Shown here: piece by piece, positions 51,500 to 64,000 of the stretch
Numbering within the stretch: position 1 is the stretch's first letter
Layout of the letters: every line of letters starts with the position of its first letter
Assembly: GCA_028534125.1 (NCBI GenBank)
Contig: CM052817.1
Span: 76,138,001-76,202,000 of the forward strand
Direction of reading: 5' to 3'
Origin: Lama glama
Taxonomy: Eukaryota
Length of the DNA: 64,000 bases
Translations under genes and position numbers: made by a program
Notes under the pieces: generated by a model
Database searches by the model: none
What the model saw: only the letters and a program-made list of their open reading frames with translations
What the model was told of the DNA's origin: nothing

Positions 51500-52140
51500 G
51501 GAACTCTAATTCGAAAAGATACATGCACTCCAATGTGCATAGCAGCACTATATACAATAGCCAAGACATGAAAGCAACCTAAATGTCCACTGACAGATGA
51601 CTGGATAAAGAAATTGTGGTATATTTATACAATGGATTACTGCTCAACCATAAAAAAGAATAAAATAATGCCATTCACAGCAACATGGATGGACCAGGAG
51701 ATCATCATTCTAGGTGAAGTAAACCAGAAAGAGAAAGAAAAACACCGTATGATATCACTCATATGTGGAATCTAAAAGAAGAAAAATGAAGACACCAGTC
51801 AACTCTATCTACAAATAAGACTCACAGACATAGTAAAAAAACTTATGGTTGCTGAAGGCGAAAAGAGATGGGAAGGGATAAATTTGGAATTAGAGATTTG
51901 CAAATGTTAACTAGTATATATAAAATAGATACACAACTTTCTTCTGTAAAGCATAGGGAACTGTATTCAATATCTTGTAGTAACCTATAATGAAAGAGAA
52001 TCTGAAAACAAATATATGGTTTTAAATGTATGGCTGAAACATTATGCTATACAACAGAAGTTGACACATTGTAAACTGACTATACTTCAATATAAATAAA
52101 ATAAATAAATAAATAAAATTAAATAAATAAATAAATAAGT
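51500..52140 (+). mobile_element. 5'-truncated lineage-type L1 (~640 bp) with TSD
   Basis: aactctaattcgaaaagatacatgcac through an (aaat)n tail; flanked by aaaaatagattct (51487-51499) and aaaaatagatcct (52141-52153); left junction tt|aaaa matches the L1 endonuclease site. Confidence 0.92.
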
Positions 52141-52876
52141 AAAAATAGATCCTTACAGTTTATTGCTCTTTGTACATTATCCTGTCAAAATATATTGATT
52201 AGTACTAAGAGAAGGACCTATCTAAATTACAACTCTCTTTCAATGAATAGTGTCTAGGTTGCTTGGGTTTGGAGCAATAGTAAAGCAGGGAAACAGCGTC
52301 ATCTTTTTACAATGTAGAGCAGCATGTGGATACAAATAGAGGATCACATACACACACTTAAATATTTTAAAGTTACAAATCAGCAAATGAATGTAAATAG
52401 AATGTGTTCTATCCTATTAAGCTGATATGCCTTCAGAAAGAATAAAGAGTATGCAATGTAAACACTGAACTTCCATCTTCAGTCACCATGTGCAGCTGTT
52501 GGAAACGTCTTGTCAATTTATGAATTTCACTGGAACCATGTGTTGGGGCACAAAGGGCTAGAAAGGAGACCCTTCAAAAAGGGTGCTTCAGCACACAAGC
52601 ACTGCTGTAATGTGACCTATGAGGAAGAGTTTGCCGTGTTAATCATTTGTCACTTTCCTTTGTAAGCACCTCTCCCACTCATGCCCTCCCTGAAATCCAA
52701 TACCGTGTCTATTTGTCATGTGGACCTTGGCACAAGCCACAAAGCTCTCAGTATTTTTGTTGTTTTGATATGTTTTTCTGTTTGTTTATTTAAAGGTATT
52801 TATTTAGAACAGCAACAAAAAGGGGCTTAAGCTTCATCACCTTCCAGTTAATTCACCTCTAACAGAACCATAGTAA

Positions 52877-53476
52877 TGTTAAAGCAGACAGATAGCTAGA
52901 TAGGAGCAGAGAAATGGGGGCACAGGACAAATGGCAGAAAACCATACATCTTGTGAACAACAGGGGATCCTTGGGCAGACAGAGAAAAACAGGAACCTCT
53001 GTACTGATAAGAAATCACATATTTTGGGGTAACAAGAGTCTTGGAGGCAGACAAAGAAAGGTGGGGAAAGGGAGGAATGTCCCATATCTGAATGTAACCT
53101 TTTGCTCATTATGCCCTCATTACAGGAAAATTAGCCTCGCTGATTAGAAGTACTCACTATGCACCAACAACATGACACTTCTGATCCAGACTAAATAAGG
53201 ACAAAAATCCTTCCTCCCCTTGGGAAGGTGAAGCTGGGATGGAAATCGGGGAAAATGGCCCCAAATCCCTCCCTTTCCAATGAATAGTCTGCCCATTCAT
53301 TTCTATACCCCTAAGTAACCAGCTTGCCAAAGAAACTCAGAGCAACTGCTCACCCGAGTCTGCCCACTCTCCCCTTGAGAGCGTACTACTGCTTAATAAA
53401 TCCTTACCTTACTTTCTTGATCTGTGCATCTCTGAATTCATTCTGCAACAAGACAAGAACATACTCTCTAGTAAGA
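52877..53476 (+). mobile_element. ERV-type solo LTR (copy B)
   Basis: Starts tgtta; shares blocks such as aatgtaacctttttgctcattatgccctcatt and ctgatccagactaaataaggacaaaaatcc with copy A; AATAAA at ~53395; flanks gtaa / gtta. Confidence 0.85.
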
Positions 53477-53815
53477 GTTAGGCCTGACACCACCGTCATC
53501 CTCTCCCGGGTCAGGCATTAGCCACCGCCTTACATACTCTAGGGACCCATGTACAGCTGACTGAGGAAAGCTTCAGGATACGCCGTGCTTCCAAGGCTAC
53601 AAATTTCATGAGAGGCAAGCCATAAAAGTTAAAGCTGAGTGATCACTCAAGAGACCTCCACTCCCTTCCCTGAGCTCCAGCTCTCAGAGTGTCAGGAGAC
53701 TCAATTCCCTAAAGCTGAAATGCAATCATTTCTAAAGCAGATATTGATGGTTACTGGTTTGCTATACCAGACTTGTGTGCCAGATCCTGAAAGTGCCAGA
53801 TTAATGCATCTCACA

Positions 53816-53877
53816 TGTGTGTGTGAGATTGTGCATGTGTGAGTGCACGTGTACAAGTGTGTGTGTATGTGTGTGTG
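53816..53877. repeat. Degenerate (TG)n
   Basis: Direct reading. Confidence 0.75.
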
Positions 53878-55279
53878 ATCTGAAGAAACTCTAAGCCACA
53901 GGTCCCAGGTTAGGATCTCCTCTTGCCATTACAGCCTTACCAACAGGCTTCGTTCCTTCAAATGCAGCTTCCTCTGCTCCTCAGGGTATCTTGATGAGCT
54001 CACACAGCCCATGGAAGCAAAGCTGTTTTGCATCCTGGTCTCTAGCTTAGGCAAGTCTTTCCCAACTATAATTTTTCCAGGGGCTTCTCATTCCTCTTTC
54101 CACCTCTCACCCCTCTAATATTCAAGCAAGCACATGTTTGAACCAGATTGAGACTCAATTTAAATTCTGCTCTACAGAATTTCTGTATTCCATGCAAATT
54201 AAAATATGCCCAGGCTAACATTTTAAATGCTCCGGATCAATCTGTAGTTTGTGCGAAGTTTCTCAAATTTCCACAGTTTAGCCCATGGGAAGAAACTCTA
54301 GTCTAGAGACACGATGTTCGAGTCTATAAACTATTGCAGGTACTTTTGCCCTTAGACCCTGAGGAAATGCTGTCACCTGTAACTTGAGCACCTTCCTTCA
54401 AAGTGGCAGCATCTCAAGAGAAGTTTTCCATGCAGGTAAGGGGAGAATGACATTACCTGAGCAAAGGCTTTAACAAGAAAAGGAAGGTAAGAAATGCTGT
54501 TTTATTGAGACTGTGTTTCTAAGATGGCTGTGAGGTAACTAATATGTTTTGACATTAAGAAAGCATTATGCAGTAATGAGTCTACACAAAGTGATGTTAA
54601 TCCATATTTTTCTATTTATAATGTCAAAATAATTTGCTGCATCTTGGAAATAATAAGCACATTAACATCATTTGCAGTAGCATTTCAGTTTCTTGACACC
54701 TGCTTGCTATGTGAAAGATACATGTAATCATAAGGAGAGATGATTTGGAAGATGAAAGTAAAGATTATTAAAATATTCATGTCAAGGTTTTAGGGATATA
54801 GAATGGCCTCTTACATTTTCCCCATATTAATTGGTGAGATGTTATTACTGACTGTCATCCCAGTTTCACTCTGAGCAATCAAGGAACTCCTATATCAGAC
54901 AGAGCACATGGTGTTTAAAGCTATGATGTGCTCTCCAACAAATGATAGTGCTACTGTGTCAAATAACAATAAACATAATTTTTTTGTTGACTGTTGAAGA
55001 AATGTCTCTGCATCTCCCATCAGAGACTTCTTCCAAATGTAGACCAGATCATGGTTATGAATATTTTAGATGCTGCTTGATTCAGGCCATCATCTCCTTC
55101 CTTGGCACCTTCTGTATTTTAAGTATGAGAATGATTTTAAATAATTGTTTCAGTTAAAAATGTGTCAGTTTCTATGGATTTCACAGTATTCCAATCAAAC
55201 CACTATTGATACTAAAAGCAGACTGTTTGCCTCTTTCTTGTTTGCCCAATTCTGTCCCCCTCTAATCCTAAAAACCTAA

Positions 55280-55762
55280 TTACAGGAATGAGATCAGTAA
55301 ACAATTGGAACTAACTCCTGACTTACAGTCTCCTGAAGGCACACCATGCCTTGCCTAACCTGTTGATTCTTTTCCTAGATTAAAATAAGTAAGAATGAAG
55401 AACTAAGTAGTTAAAGAATAATTAGCTCTCTATCCTCAATAGTCCCTTTAGCAATCCTACAGGTAGATCACGGGGGCAAGAGAACATCTGAAGAGAGAGT
55501 CGGCCAGTTGGCACGCAAGGGAGAATGATCCAAAACCCAACCTCCTACCTCAGTGATTCACTCAGAGACTCCCCTTCTCTCCATTTTTCCCTTTAAAAAC
55601 TGCCATGCCTGAGCAGAATCTTCAGTTAGTCTCGGGACAGGAGCCCACCATCTCCCCAGATTACCAGCTTTTCTGATTAAGGTTCCTTTCTTTTCTACTG
55701 ACAATTGCCTCTCGAATTATCAGCTTTTGAGCAGCGAGCAGTAGAACCTGAGTTCTGTAACA
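55280..55762 (+). mobile_element. ERV1-like solo LTR
   Basis: ccctttaaaaac TATA-like box; ends gagcagcgagcagtagaacctgagttctgtaaca, a typical LTR U5 terminus. Start uncertain. Confidence 0.7.
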
Positions 55763-56049
55763 ATATCATGTTTTGAAAACTTGCTGATATTTTATTTAAA
55801 AAAAAAGTTGTTTTAGGCTGAAACTTGTTTGGAAAATTTTAATTTAAAAATTAATTATTTATTCTTACCACAAAATATTTTAAATAGTCAGGATTTGGGA
55901 AATATATTTCAAAAAAGAATTTAAACAATTTTTAATTATTAAGGTTTTCATCTTATTTACAGTTTGAGTCTGTAACATCATTGTAATAATTCACCATCAG
56001 TGGAAACAAAGACCATTATTTAATTCTCAGTGAATTATAATCCACTGTT

Positions 56050-56407
56050 TTGAAGTGATTGCTCTGTTGTGCCATCCAGATCCCCCTATTCTGGGAACAA
56101 TACAAACTGTTAGTACTCAGCTGTCAAACCAAACGTGGACTGTCATTGACCACAGTCTATTACCCCAAGCACATACCCTATGAGGTAGCCTGATTTCAAT
56201 GAGTATAAAAGCCTAGTGTCTCCCTCCCACCAGGGAGAGCTCTTTGTGAGGTTGCCTGAGGTTTTAGTTGAGATTATATTGCAGATCAAATTCTCTTTTT
56301 GTCCAGTCCTACTTCTTCCCTTCCTCAAAAGTGTTAATCATAATATACATCCATTACACTAAACTACATATCAGAGACAGCTTTCCAAGCAATCTAAGCT
56401 GCAACGT
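56050..56407 (+). mobile_element. ERVL LTR, LTR16-like
   Basis: ccatccagatcccc near start; tgtccagtcctacttcttcccttcc...actaaactacatatcagagacagctttcc near end. Confidence 0.65.
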
Positions 56408-56569
56408 TTACTTTATGATGAGAAGATATAACTATTTTTAAATAGTATCTCATTAAAATGCAATGGGCTGTTCAGTTCCAGACAAGATAGTATAACCAGG
56501 ATAAGATTTACACAACTAGTGAAAAAAATTCAGACAGAAGTTAGGAAAAAAACTGCACTCCTGCCAGGG

Positions 56570-56945
56570 CCATGAGGGAATCTTTATTGTCTCCTCATTG
56601 TGAGAACCTTGCAGGGTTCCTAGAGAGAAAACCCAAGAAACCTTTGTGGCTTCACTGAAACGATGGCTTCCTAGGAGTTCCTCACTGTTATGCTAGTCCA
56701 CAGCAAGTCTCCAGAGAGTCTTCAAAACTGCCATTTGTTTCTACACGTTCATGGCCCCAGTAGCTTCTGCTGCAGGTAAGCAGGTCTCAGTTGCTGCGTA
56801 TCTCCAGGTGTGCCCCCTCCCCAGATTTGGCGGTGATGGTTTGCCTGTGACTACAGTTCTCTGATGGGTCCAAGAAAAGCTGTTGATTTTCAGTTCGCCC
56901 AGCTTTTTCTTGTTGTAACGATGAGAGGACTTTCAAGCTTTTTAT
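56570..56945 (-). mobile_element. Old L1 5' end
   Basis: gttctctgatgggtccaagaaaagctgttgattttcagtt...cagctttttcttgttgtaa; related to 33985-34332. Confidence 0.65.
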
Positions 56946-57332
56946 ATCATGAATCATTACCATTGTCTTTTATTTTCTACTATTACTCTCTATTGAGAAA
57001 AATTTCAATTACTGATTACTTTCTTGTGTTAGATTTTTAATACTCCTTATGAGAGAAAAGATGTCTCTAACATTATTGCTTCTAGGTAAATTATATTTTT
57101 ACCTATAAGAAAATCAATATTAAAAGATTCAGAGTGTCATATTTAATACATAACTTTTGTTAGTAAAGCCTAAATAGTTTTTGCTCTATTGGGTTAAAAA
57201 AAAGGAAGACCCAGAGGAAAGAGAATACAGAATGTGCATTATTTTTTTCTTCTTCAGCTGGTAAGGGGAAAAATGAGGAGGGATATCCTTGATAAATGAC
57301 ATTAAACATCTGCCACAAGGTCTGGCTGCTGA

Positions 57333-57470
57333 TAGCATGAGGTCTGGAGTTAGAGTGTCTATTTGATCCTATTCCAGCTCCAGGTCACTCACTAGCTGTG
57401 TGACCTTGGGTGAGTTATTAAATGACTTGTTCCTCAAGTTCATTGGGATGATTATGATCTTCATAATGTC
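57333..57470 (+). mobile_element. MIR SINE
   Basis: tctggagttagag...actagctgtgtgaccttgggtgagttatt. Confidence 0.7.
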
Positions 57471-58499
57471 TGTATCATTGGGAGTACCATCTGCTTGCCC
57501 TTATATCTCTGCAGGTATCTCATTGACTGGCTAACAGCCTTTCCTCTTTACCTCATCCACCACGGCCACTATATTTCACCTTCCGGGCAAGCCCCTTGCC
57601 CAACTGAGTCATGTGTACCTACATATTTTCTGGGACGTAGCTTGCCTTAATTTTGGACTGGTTGAACTTTGTGATGTTAAATCATTTTCTGTATCTTTCA
57701 TGGATTTATGATATTTAGTGACTTTACTACACATTTTAATTAATTAAAAATACATTCTTGATATTACCTGAGTTAATATGTTGTGGTTTAGGCACATTCA
57801 AGCCTTAAATTACAAAAGGTATCTGTCAAGCAGAAAGGCCGATGTCAAAGAAATAGTATCATACCCCTGGTCTCTGTAGAAGCTCACGTTTTCCAGGGTG
57901 TTAAGGGAACTGCCTAGATACAGACAAGAAATGTTATACCTGGCCCCCTCTCTGGGGTCTAAAATTATTTTCTTTCTTGGGTTTCTGAATTGCTTTCTTA
58001 GGATGCATTTTTAAAGTCTCCAGTGCATTTAAAGTCCCGCCTAAAAATTTTCCTTGTTAAAATCAATCTCTTACTTCTAGAGTCTAGAATATAACTCAAA
58101 ATATTTAAAGCATTAGTAAATATTTTCATGATTATTGTATGCTATCCTGCCTGTGTGACAAGAGTAACTATAATGCAAATTTAATTATATAAATTGAAAA
58201 TCTGGAATTCAAAAATAAATGTATATGTCTTTCTTCAAATTTAAATATATTTTTGTTTAAAAATTAAAGCAGTTAAGTCCTAAAGAAAGATAACTTTTGT
58301 GGCATTTGTAATAAATTATTTTTGGCTCTACATTTACCTTTTGGTTATGTGTAATTTGGATATTTAACATAAACTGGAAAAATAAACCATCTGCTTATTT
58401 TATAGGTGGTTTGGATAATGACATATCCTGTGCCCTGTAGATCTGACAGTGAGTGGAGGTGAACGTAAGTGCACATATTTTGTTTACAGTCAGATTGCT

Positions 58500-58764
58500 A
58501 CAAGACTGAAGAATTCCTGGCAAGGACTCAGCCAATGAGAAGATTGTCACAATTCAGCAGATGAAAAGCCATGGACTCTTTGTTTACTATAGCTCACCCA
58601 ACTTCCTTTTTTCCCTCCTATGAAAGAGTTCTTTTCTTCATTTTTGCTAGGAACTTGGCTATGGCTTTCCACGGTTGCAGACCCTGAATTGCAATTATTT
58701 ACTGATCCCATACATTCCCATTTTGTTGGATAAATAACTGACATTCTGTTTATTTTAGTGAACA
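58500..58764 (+). mobile_element. ERV1 LTR 3' part, MER34/MER39-like
   Basis: agccaatgagaa; ggttgcagaccctgaattgcaatt; ends tttattttagtgaaca. Confidence 0.6.
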
Positions 58765-61184
58765 TGTGTAAAAGATTAGTTTGCTATTTATATTCTAGAG
58801 TATTTTAATCCACCTTACAGATAAGAAAGAAAACTAATTATTATGGCTATCACTTATGTCAGTAAAAGTTTTTCTCAGCTTTCTTAATTATAGAGGTGGA
58901 GGTATGAAAATGCTTTACAATTATTCAAATCTTTACATAAATGTTACATTTTTAAGTTGAGAAGCCTCAGTTTTGAACCAAGATGGGAATTTATGTGTGA
59001 AGAGGTTTCTAGAGGTGAGTTCTATTTAGTTCAGAAATTAAAGATGCTAATCATATCTCAGCATGCATTTTGAATAATATTTCTGTATTTTTTACTATAA
59101 CATATTTTTAACATACATGTATGGTTTGCCCTTCTCATGCTCATAGTTTTTGCTTTTTAACTCTGAGCCTGATGTTTCACTGAGTATTTGTTAAAGAGCT
59201 GTTGTAAACCAACATTACTCTTATTTTCATATATGCACAAAGAATTGTTACAAATGATCTCTTAGGAAAAAAGGACTATAGAAATATAAGTCATAACATG
59301 TGTTCATGTTGAGGAGTAGGAAAAGGACAGATGTGGAGGGCATTTCACAAGTCTACCTGATCAGGTTGACAACTCTGACCATCCATTTGTATAAGATTGT
59401 TCTCAGATTACTTAATTACCTGGGCAGCCCTTTTGCAGACCAATATTTGTTGTGGAGGTGGGGTTCAAAGCTTGGGAAGACATAATGAGAGTAAGTGAAC
59501 TGACTCTATGACTAGATAACACCCTAGGCAGTGACTGTGAGCCTAGAAAGTAAGGAGATTGTGATTCTTTTGTAAATAAGTACCAAGTCTATTTTCTATG
59601 GGACTATCAAGGATACATGAATTTAGCACTTAAAAAAGGTATTTGTCTTCATTAATTACCATTAAATAAATTTCTTCACTGTCCTGCTTTCTATGTTGAA
59701 ATCATTATTAGAACTATTATATTTTGAATGAATCATCAATGACTCTTTTAGAACAATTTGAGAAATAAATTATATAAACATCCAAATCATAATAAGCAAT
59801 AAAGTGTTGTGAAAGACATGTTTCAGAAAGACATATTTATAGGTTTTAAAAAGTTAGAAATATCATTACATTTTCAGTCCTTACTGGTCATTGCACTTGC
59901 TGATCTCATTCTCCTCTTTTTGCTAAGGAATGAAAATTCGAATAGGTCATATATAGGATGATGAAAAGTTTCCATCCATAACACTTTCCTTTTTTTTTTA
60001 ACACTTTTCTACTGCATTGTTTTTTTTTCATCCATAATGCAACCTTTTATGGGTCTCCCATCTATCCCAATGGCTGTCAAAATGATTGATGAAGCTGTTC
60101 CTTGAAAAATATTTAGGAGCTTCAGTCCACGGGTCTGTGGACAAGAGAGCAATGAAAAGCATTATGAGCATGCCGACACTATAATTCCAGTGGGTCAATG
60201 AGACTAGAATTTGCATAATATTTTATTAAATAAAGCATTAGTTAAAAGTAAATTTTAGCAAAAACCACTAAGTTTTGAAATGGTGTTGGCTTGGCTGTTT
60301 TATGGTGGGTACAGCTCAATCACTTTCATGTGCTCAGCCCAGAAATCACACAAAGATTTCATCAAGGATCAATGTTATCCTTACAACCTAGGTGCTCTAT
60401 ACTTGCTGCAAAGTAAGATTTAAATTTATATGAACCTCAGTTTATCATGTACATGTAGTAGTATAATGTCAGTTATCTCCTTGCTTTACCTTCCTTCTTT
60501 TTTCTTGGTGTTTATGCATCCAAATAAGATACTGATTTTCTCAAACTAACCTATCCATTGTCAACTTGGAGGAAGAAAATTAATGGGACTATAGAACCAG
60601 ATAAAGAAATGTTCAAATCTTCATTCCACCATACACTTGATGAGACTTCATTTTCTTATCTTTATACAGGGCTAATAATGTTTATGTCCCATTATTACTA
60701 TCATATTTCAATGCAATGGTTCACTAAGCAGATTATCAGGACTTAAAAATGCTAGTTTATTTTTCTTACATTTTCATTTTAGGTTAAGATATGATAAATG
60801 TGAAGAAAAACACAAATGATACTTCATTGTCTAATTGTTTAAACAAATTTCAGGCCAATGTAGATTGTCAAACAACCTTTAAAGCAATAATCATTCTGCA
60901 CATTGACACTAATCATGGCCAGCTGCACAGAAAACAGATGATAATAATCTAATCAAAAGAAGAAAAATCAGTTTATAATGAGAATAATGTTTAAAATAGA
61001 CTGAAAATTGAAAATGGAACATAAACAAATAACAAGTAAATCAAAGACCATCCTCTCAACCTTTATGTCAATTGCAATGAATTTAGAAATCTAAAATTGT
61101 CATATATTGCATGATGTATCAGCACTCTTTAAGTCTACAACGTTTTACTCTTTTTGCCTTTCTTCTAGTTCATTTAGAATAATT

Positions 61185-61340
61185 GCCTACATTGCTGTTA
61201 CAATCATGTAGCCACCAGGATATAAACTGTAGGAGGACAAGGACTTTTGTCTCTTTGTTCATTACTGTATCCCAAGTACCTGCTTCAGTGACTGACAAAC
61301 AAGAGAGTTCTCAGAAGATATCTCATAAATGAGTAATTGA
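61185..61340 (+). mobile_element. LINE-2 3' end
   Basis: aggacttttgtctctttgttcattactgtatcccaagtacct. Confidence 0.7.
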
Positions 61341-61516
61341 AGAAATGAGCAAGCAAACAAATCAACAAGCAAATCAGATATTGTCCAACAACAATCTGTA
61401 CTTCTCAGTCTATTAAACCTCAGATAGGTGTCAATTTTACAGAAGTAGACATTATTATTAACCTTTCACAGATGAGGAAGCCAAGTCATAAATTTTAAAA
61501 TGAAAACCCAACTCAT

Positions 61517-62652
61517 TCCTGAGAAAGAAAATGAAGCTGGAGGCATCACACTTCCTGATCAAAACAGATACGTAGATCAATGAAACCAAATAGACCCCGT
61601 AAAAATAAACCCATGCATACATGGTTAATTACTTTTCAATAACGAAGTCAAGAATATACAATGAGAGAAGAATAGTCTCTTCAGTAAATGATGATGGGAA
61701 GACAGACAGAAGCGAAAAAATTAAACTAGACCCCTACCCCACACCATACACAAAAATAAACTCCAAATTGATTAAAAACTTGAATGTAATCCCTGAAACT
61801 AAAATTCCTAAGAGAGAACATAGAGGGTAAGCTCCCTGAGATTGGTCTTGGCAATATTGTTTTGGATTTGACACCAAAACCAAAGGCAATAAAAGCAAAA
61901 TAAATATGTAGGACTACAACACACTAAAAAGCTTCTGCACAGCAAAGGAAACCTTCAAGGAAATGAAAAGGTTACTTGAGGGATGGGAGAAAATATTTGC
62001 AAACTACAAATCTCATAAGGGATTAATAGCCAACATATACAAGAAACTCATACAACTCAATAGGAAAAAATCGAATAACTCAACTTAAAAAATGGTCAAA
62101 GGACCTAAATAGTTAATTTTCCAAATAAGATGCACAAGCGGCCATCAACTCTATGAAAAGGTGCTCAACATCAGTAATCATCAGGGAAATGTAAATCAAA
62201 ACCACAATGAGATATTATTTTATACTTATTAGAATGGCTATTATCAAGTAGACAGGAGATAACAAATGCTGCTAAGAATGTGAAGAAAAGGGAACCCTCC
62301 AACACTGTTGTTGGAAATGTAGTTTGGTATAGCCACTATGGAAAATAGTATGGAGATTTTACTTAAAAAACTAAAAATAGACTTATCATATGATCCAGAA
62401 ATCCCACTCCTGGGTATATATCCAAAGGAAACTCTAATTTGAAAAGATACATGCACTCTAATGTTCATAGCAGCACTATTTACAATAGGCAAGACATGGA
62501 AGCAACTTAAACGTCTGTTGACAGATGACTGGATAAAGAAGCTGTAGTGTATATATACAATGAAATACCACTCAGCCATAACAAACAATTAAATAATACC
62601 ATTTGCAGTAACATGGATGGACCTAGAGACTATCATAGTAAGTGAAGTAAGA
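61517..62652 (+). mobile_element. L1 ORF2 3' region (L1MA/cetartiodactyl-like), lacking 3' UTR
   Basis: aagctggaggcatcacacttcctga; acaccatacacaaaaataaactc; gcttctgcacagcaaaggaaac; stops at aagtgaagtaag. Confidence 0.92.
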
Positions 62653-64000
62653 GGCTAGTTCTTGTAGGTCTCTAACCTGAAACATACTAGAAAGATTTCT
62701 TGGACTTCGATCAAATTGACATGCCAAAAAATCATCAGAGCAATAGCTTATTTATTTATAATTATATTACATGTTAGATTTGTTTCAAAGGCAAATTAAA
62801 CTCTCCATATTTGCAAACTTGATCATTCTGTTACTTTTAAAAGTTACATTTAGAAGTATTTCTATGTGCAGGTGTGTGTGTACACTTTATATATTATGAG
62901 ACAATTTGATCCTTTGAATACAAGTTGATATATTTTAATATATTCTTGGATGTTTAAATTTCTTTTTCTATCTTTGCTTTTTGATGTCTTATAATCTTGT
63001 TATTGGTCCTCCCTATCTATTATTACCAACTAAGACTAGATTTTATAATGTGGTTCTAGCTTCTTGCTCACTAGAGACAGTATAAGTACTACATAAGTAG
63101 AAACTGGACAGTTGAGCAGTAGGGTCAGTTCCTGATGCAATGAGCTGTGTTATTTTCTCTGGCTTTTATAGGTCCCTGGCTTCATATTTCTGAAACTGCA
63201 CATAATCATTGGCAACAGTTCTGTTAGATCATCTCGCAAGAGTGACGAGAAAGGCAACCCACGGCCCCAGGTGCAAACAGTGATCTTAGCTGTGGTCCCC
63301 CATTTCATACGGAAAATTAGTCCATGTTACCATCAGTCTGGTTTCTAGATAACACTTCCTGACCACAATTCTTGTCCTCCTTTGGCATATCTTTCACAGT
63401 GTATTTATTCTGTGTTAGAGTATGGATATTGTCTTTTCTTCAATGTTGACATTTAACGTTTATTTATTATTGCAATGTTTTATAAGCATCATTTACGTCA
63501 TAGGGTTCAAAGTGTGAATTTATGATGCCATTCTGAATTAGAGTCTTCTGTTGTATTGAACACACTTCACATTATTGCCGATTTTTTCTTCTATCAATTT
63601 GAATCAGATATATTCTAAATCTATTTTTAGTGGTTATTGTAAATTTACAACATGCATTCTTAGTTTCAGTTTTCTTTTTCTAATGAATTCTCAAGCTACT
63701 CATTATTTTTATCCTGCTCAAATCGGACCAGAATTATAGAATCATTTACCATTTAGCCAACCTCAAATCAGCTATTATTGTTTTATTTTATAGTTATAAC
63801 TTATTTAGATTTAGTCACATGTTTTTCCTTCCAAATTTTCTTTTTCCCTGCACGGTATTCATTTGTGCATTTCAATTTTTCCATTTAGGTTCAATTTCCT
63901 TCTTGACTTATATCAAATAGAAGTATGCTACTGGAAAACTAGCTGAACATTTTATGGGAAGATGTGGCTTTTAGGAATGTTGGATTCAGCAGTTCAGACA

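Overview
Mammalian, AT-rich, CpG-depleted non-coding DNA, most likely from a camelid (inferred from two tRNA-Ala-derived SINEs and a recurring lineage-type L1 3' end). It has three assembly gaps (6295-6394, 16112-16611, 41777-42276). I found no credible protein-coding exon, RNA gene or CRISPR-like array; the listed ORFs are repeat-derived, gap-spanning or chance. Much of the window is transposable-element debris: a degraded ~5.4 kb L1MC-like element, about 13 younger L1 3' fragments, older L1 pieces, L2/MIR, MaLR (MLT1) and ERV solo LTRs. Family names come from recall of consensus motifs, not a database search, and most boundaries are approximate. I did not find a convincing new biological system. 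The best signals are a strong + strand bias of young L1s and LTRs (suggesting an intron of a minus-strand gene), an unexplained GC-rich segment with an 18-bp tandem array beside a gap, two related LTRs ~10 kb apart, and several TE-free candidate regulatory islands.
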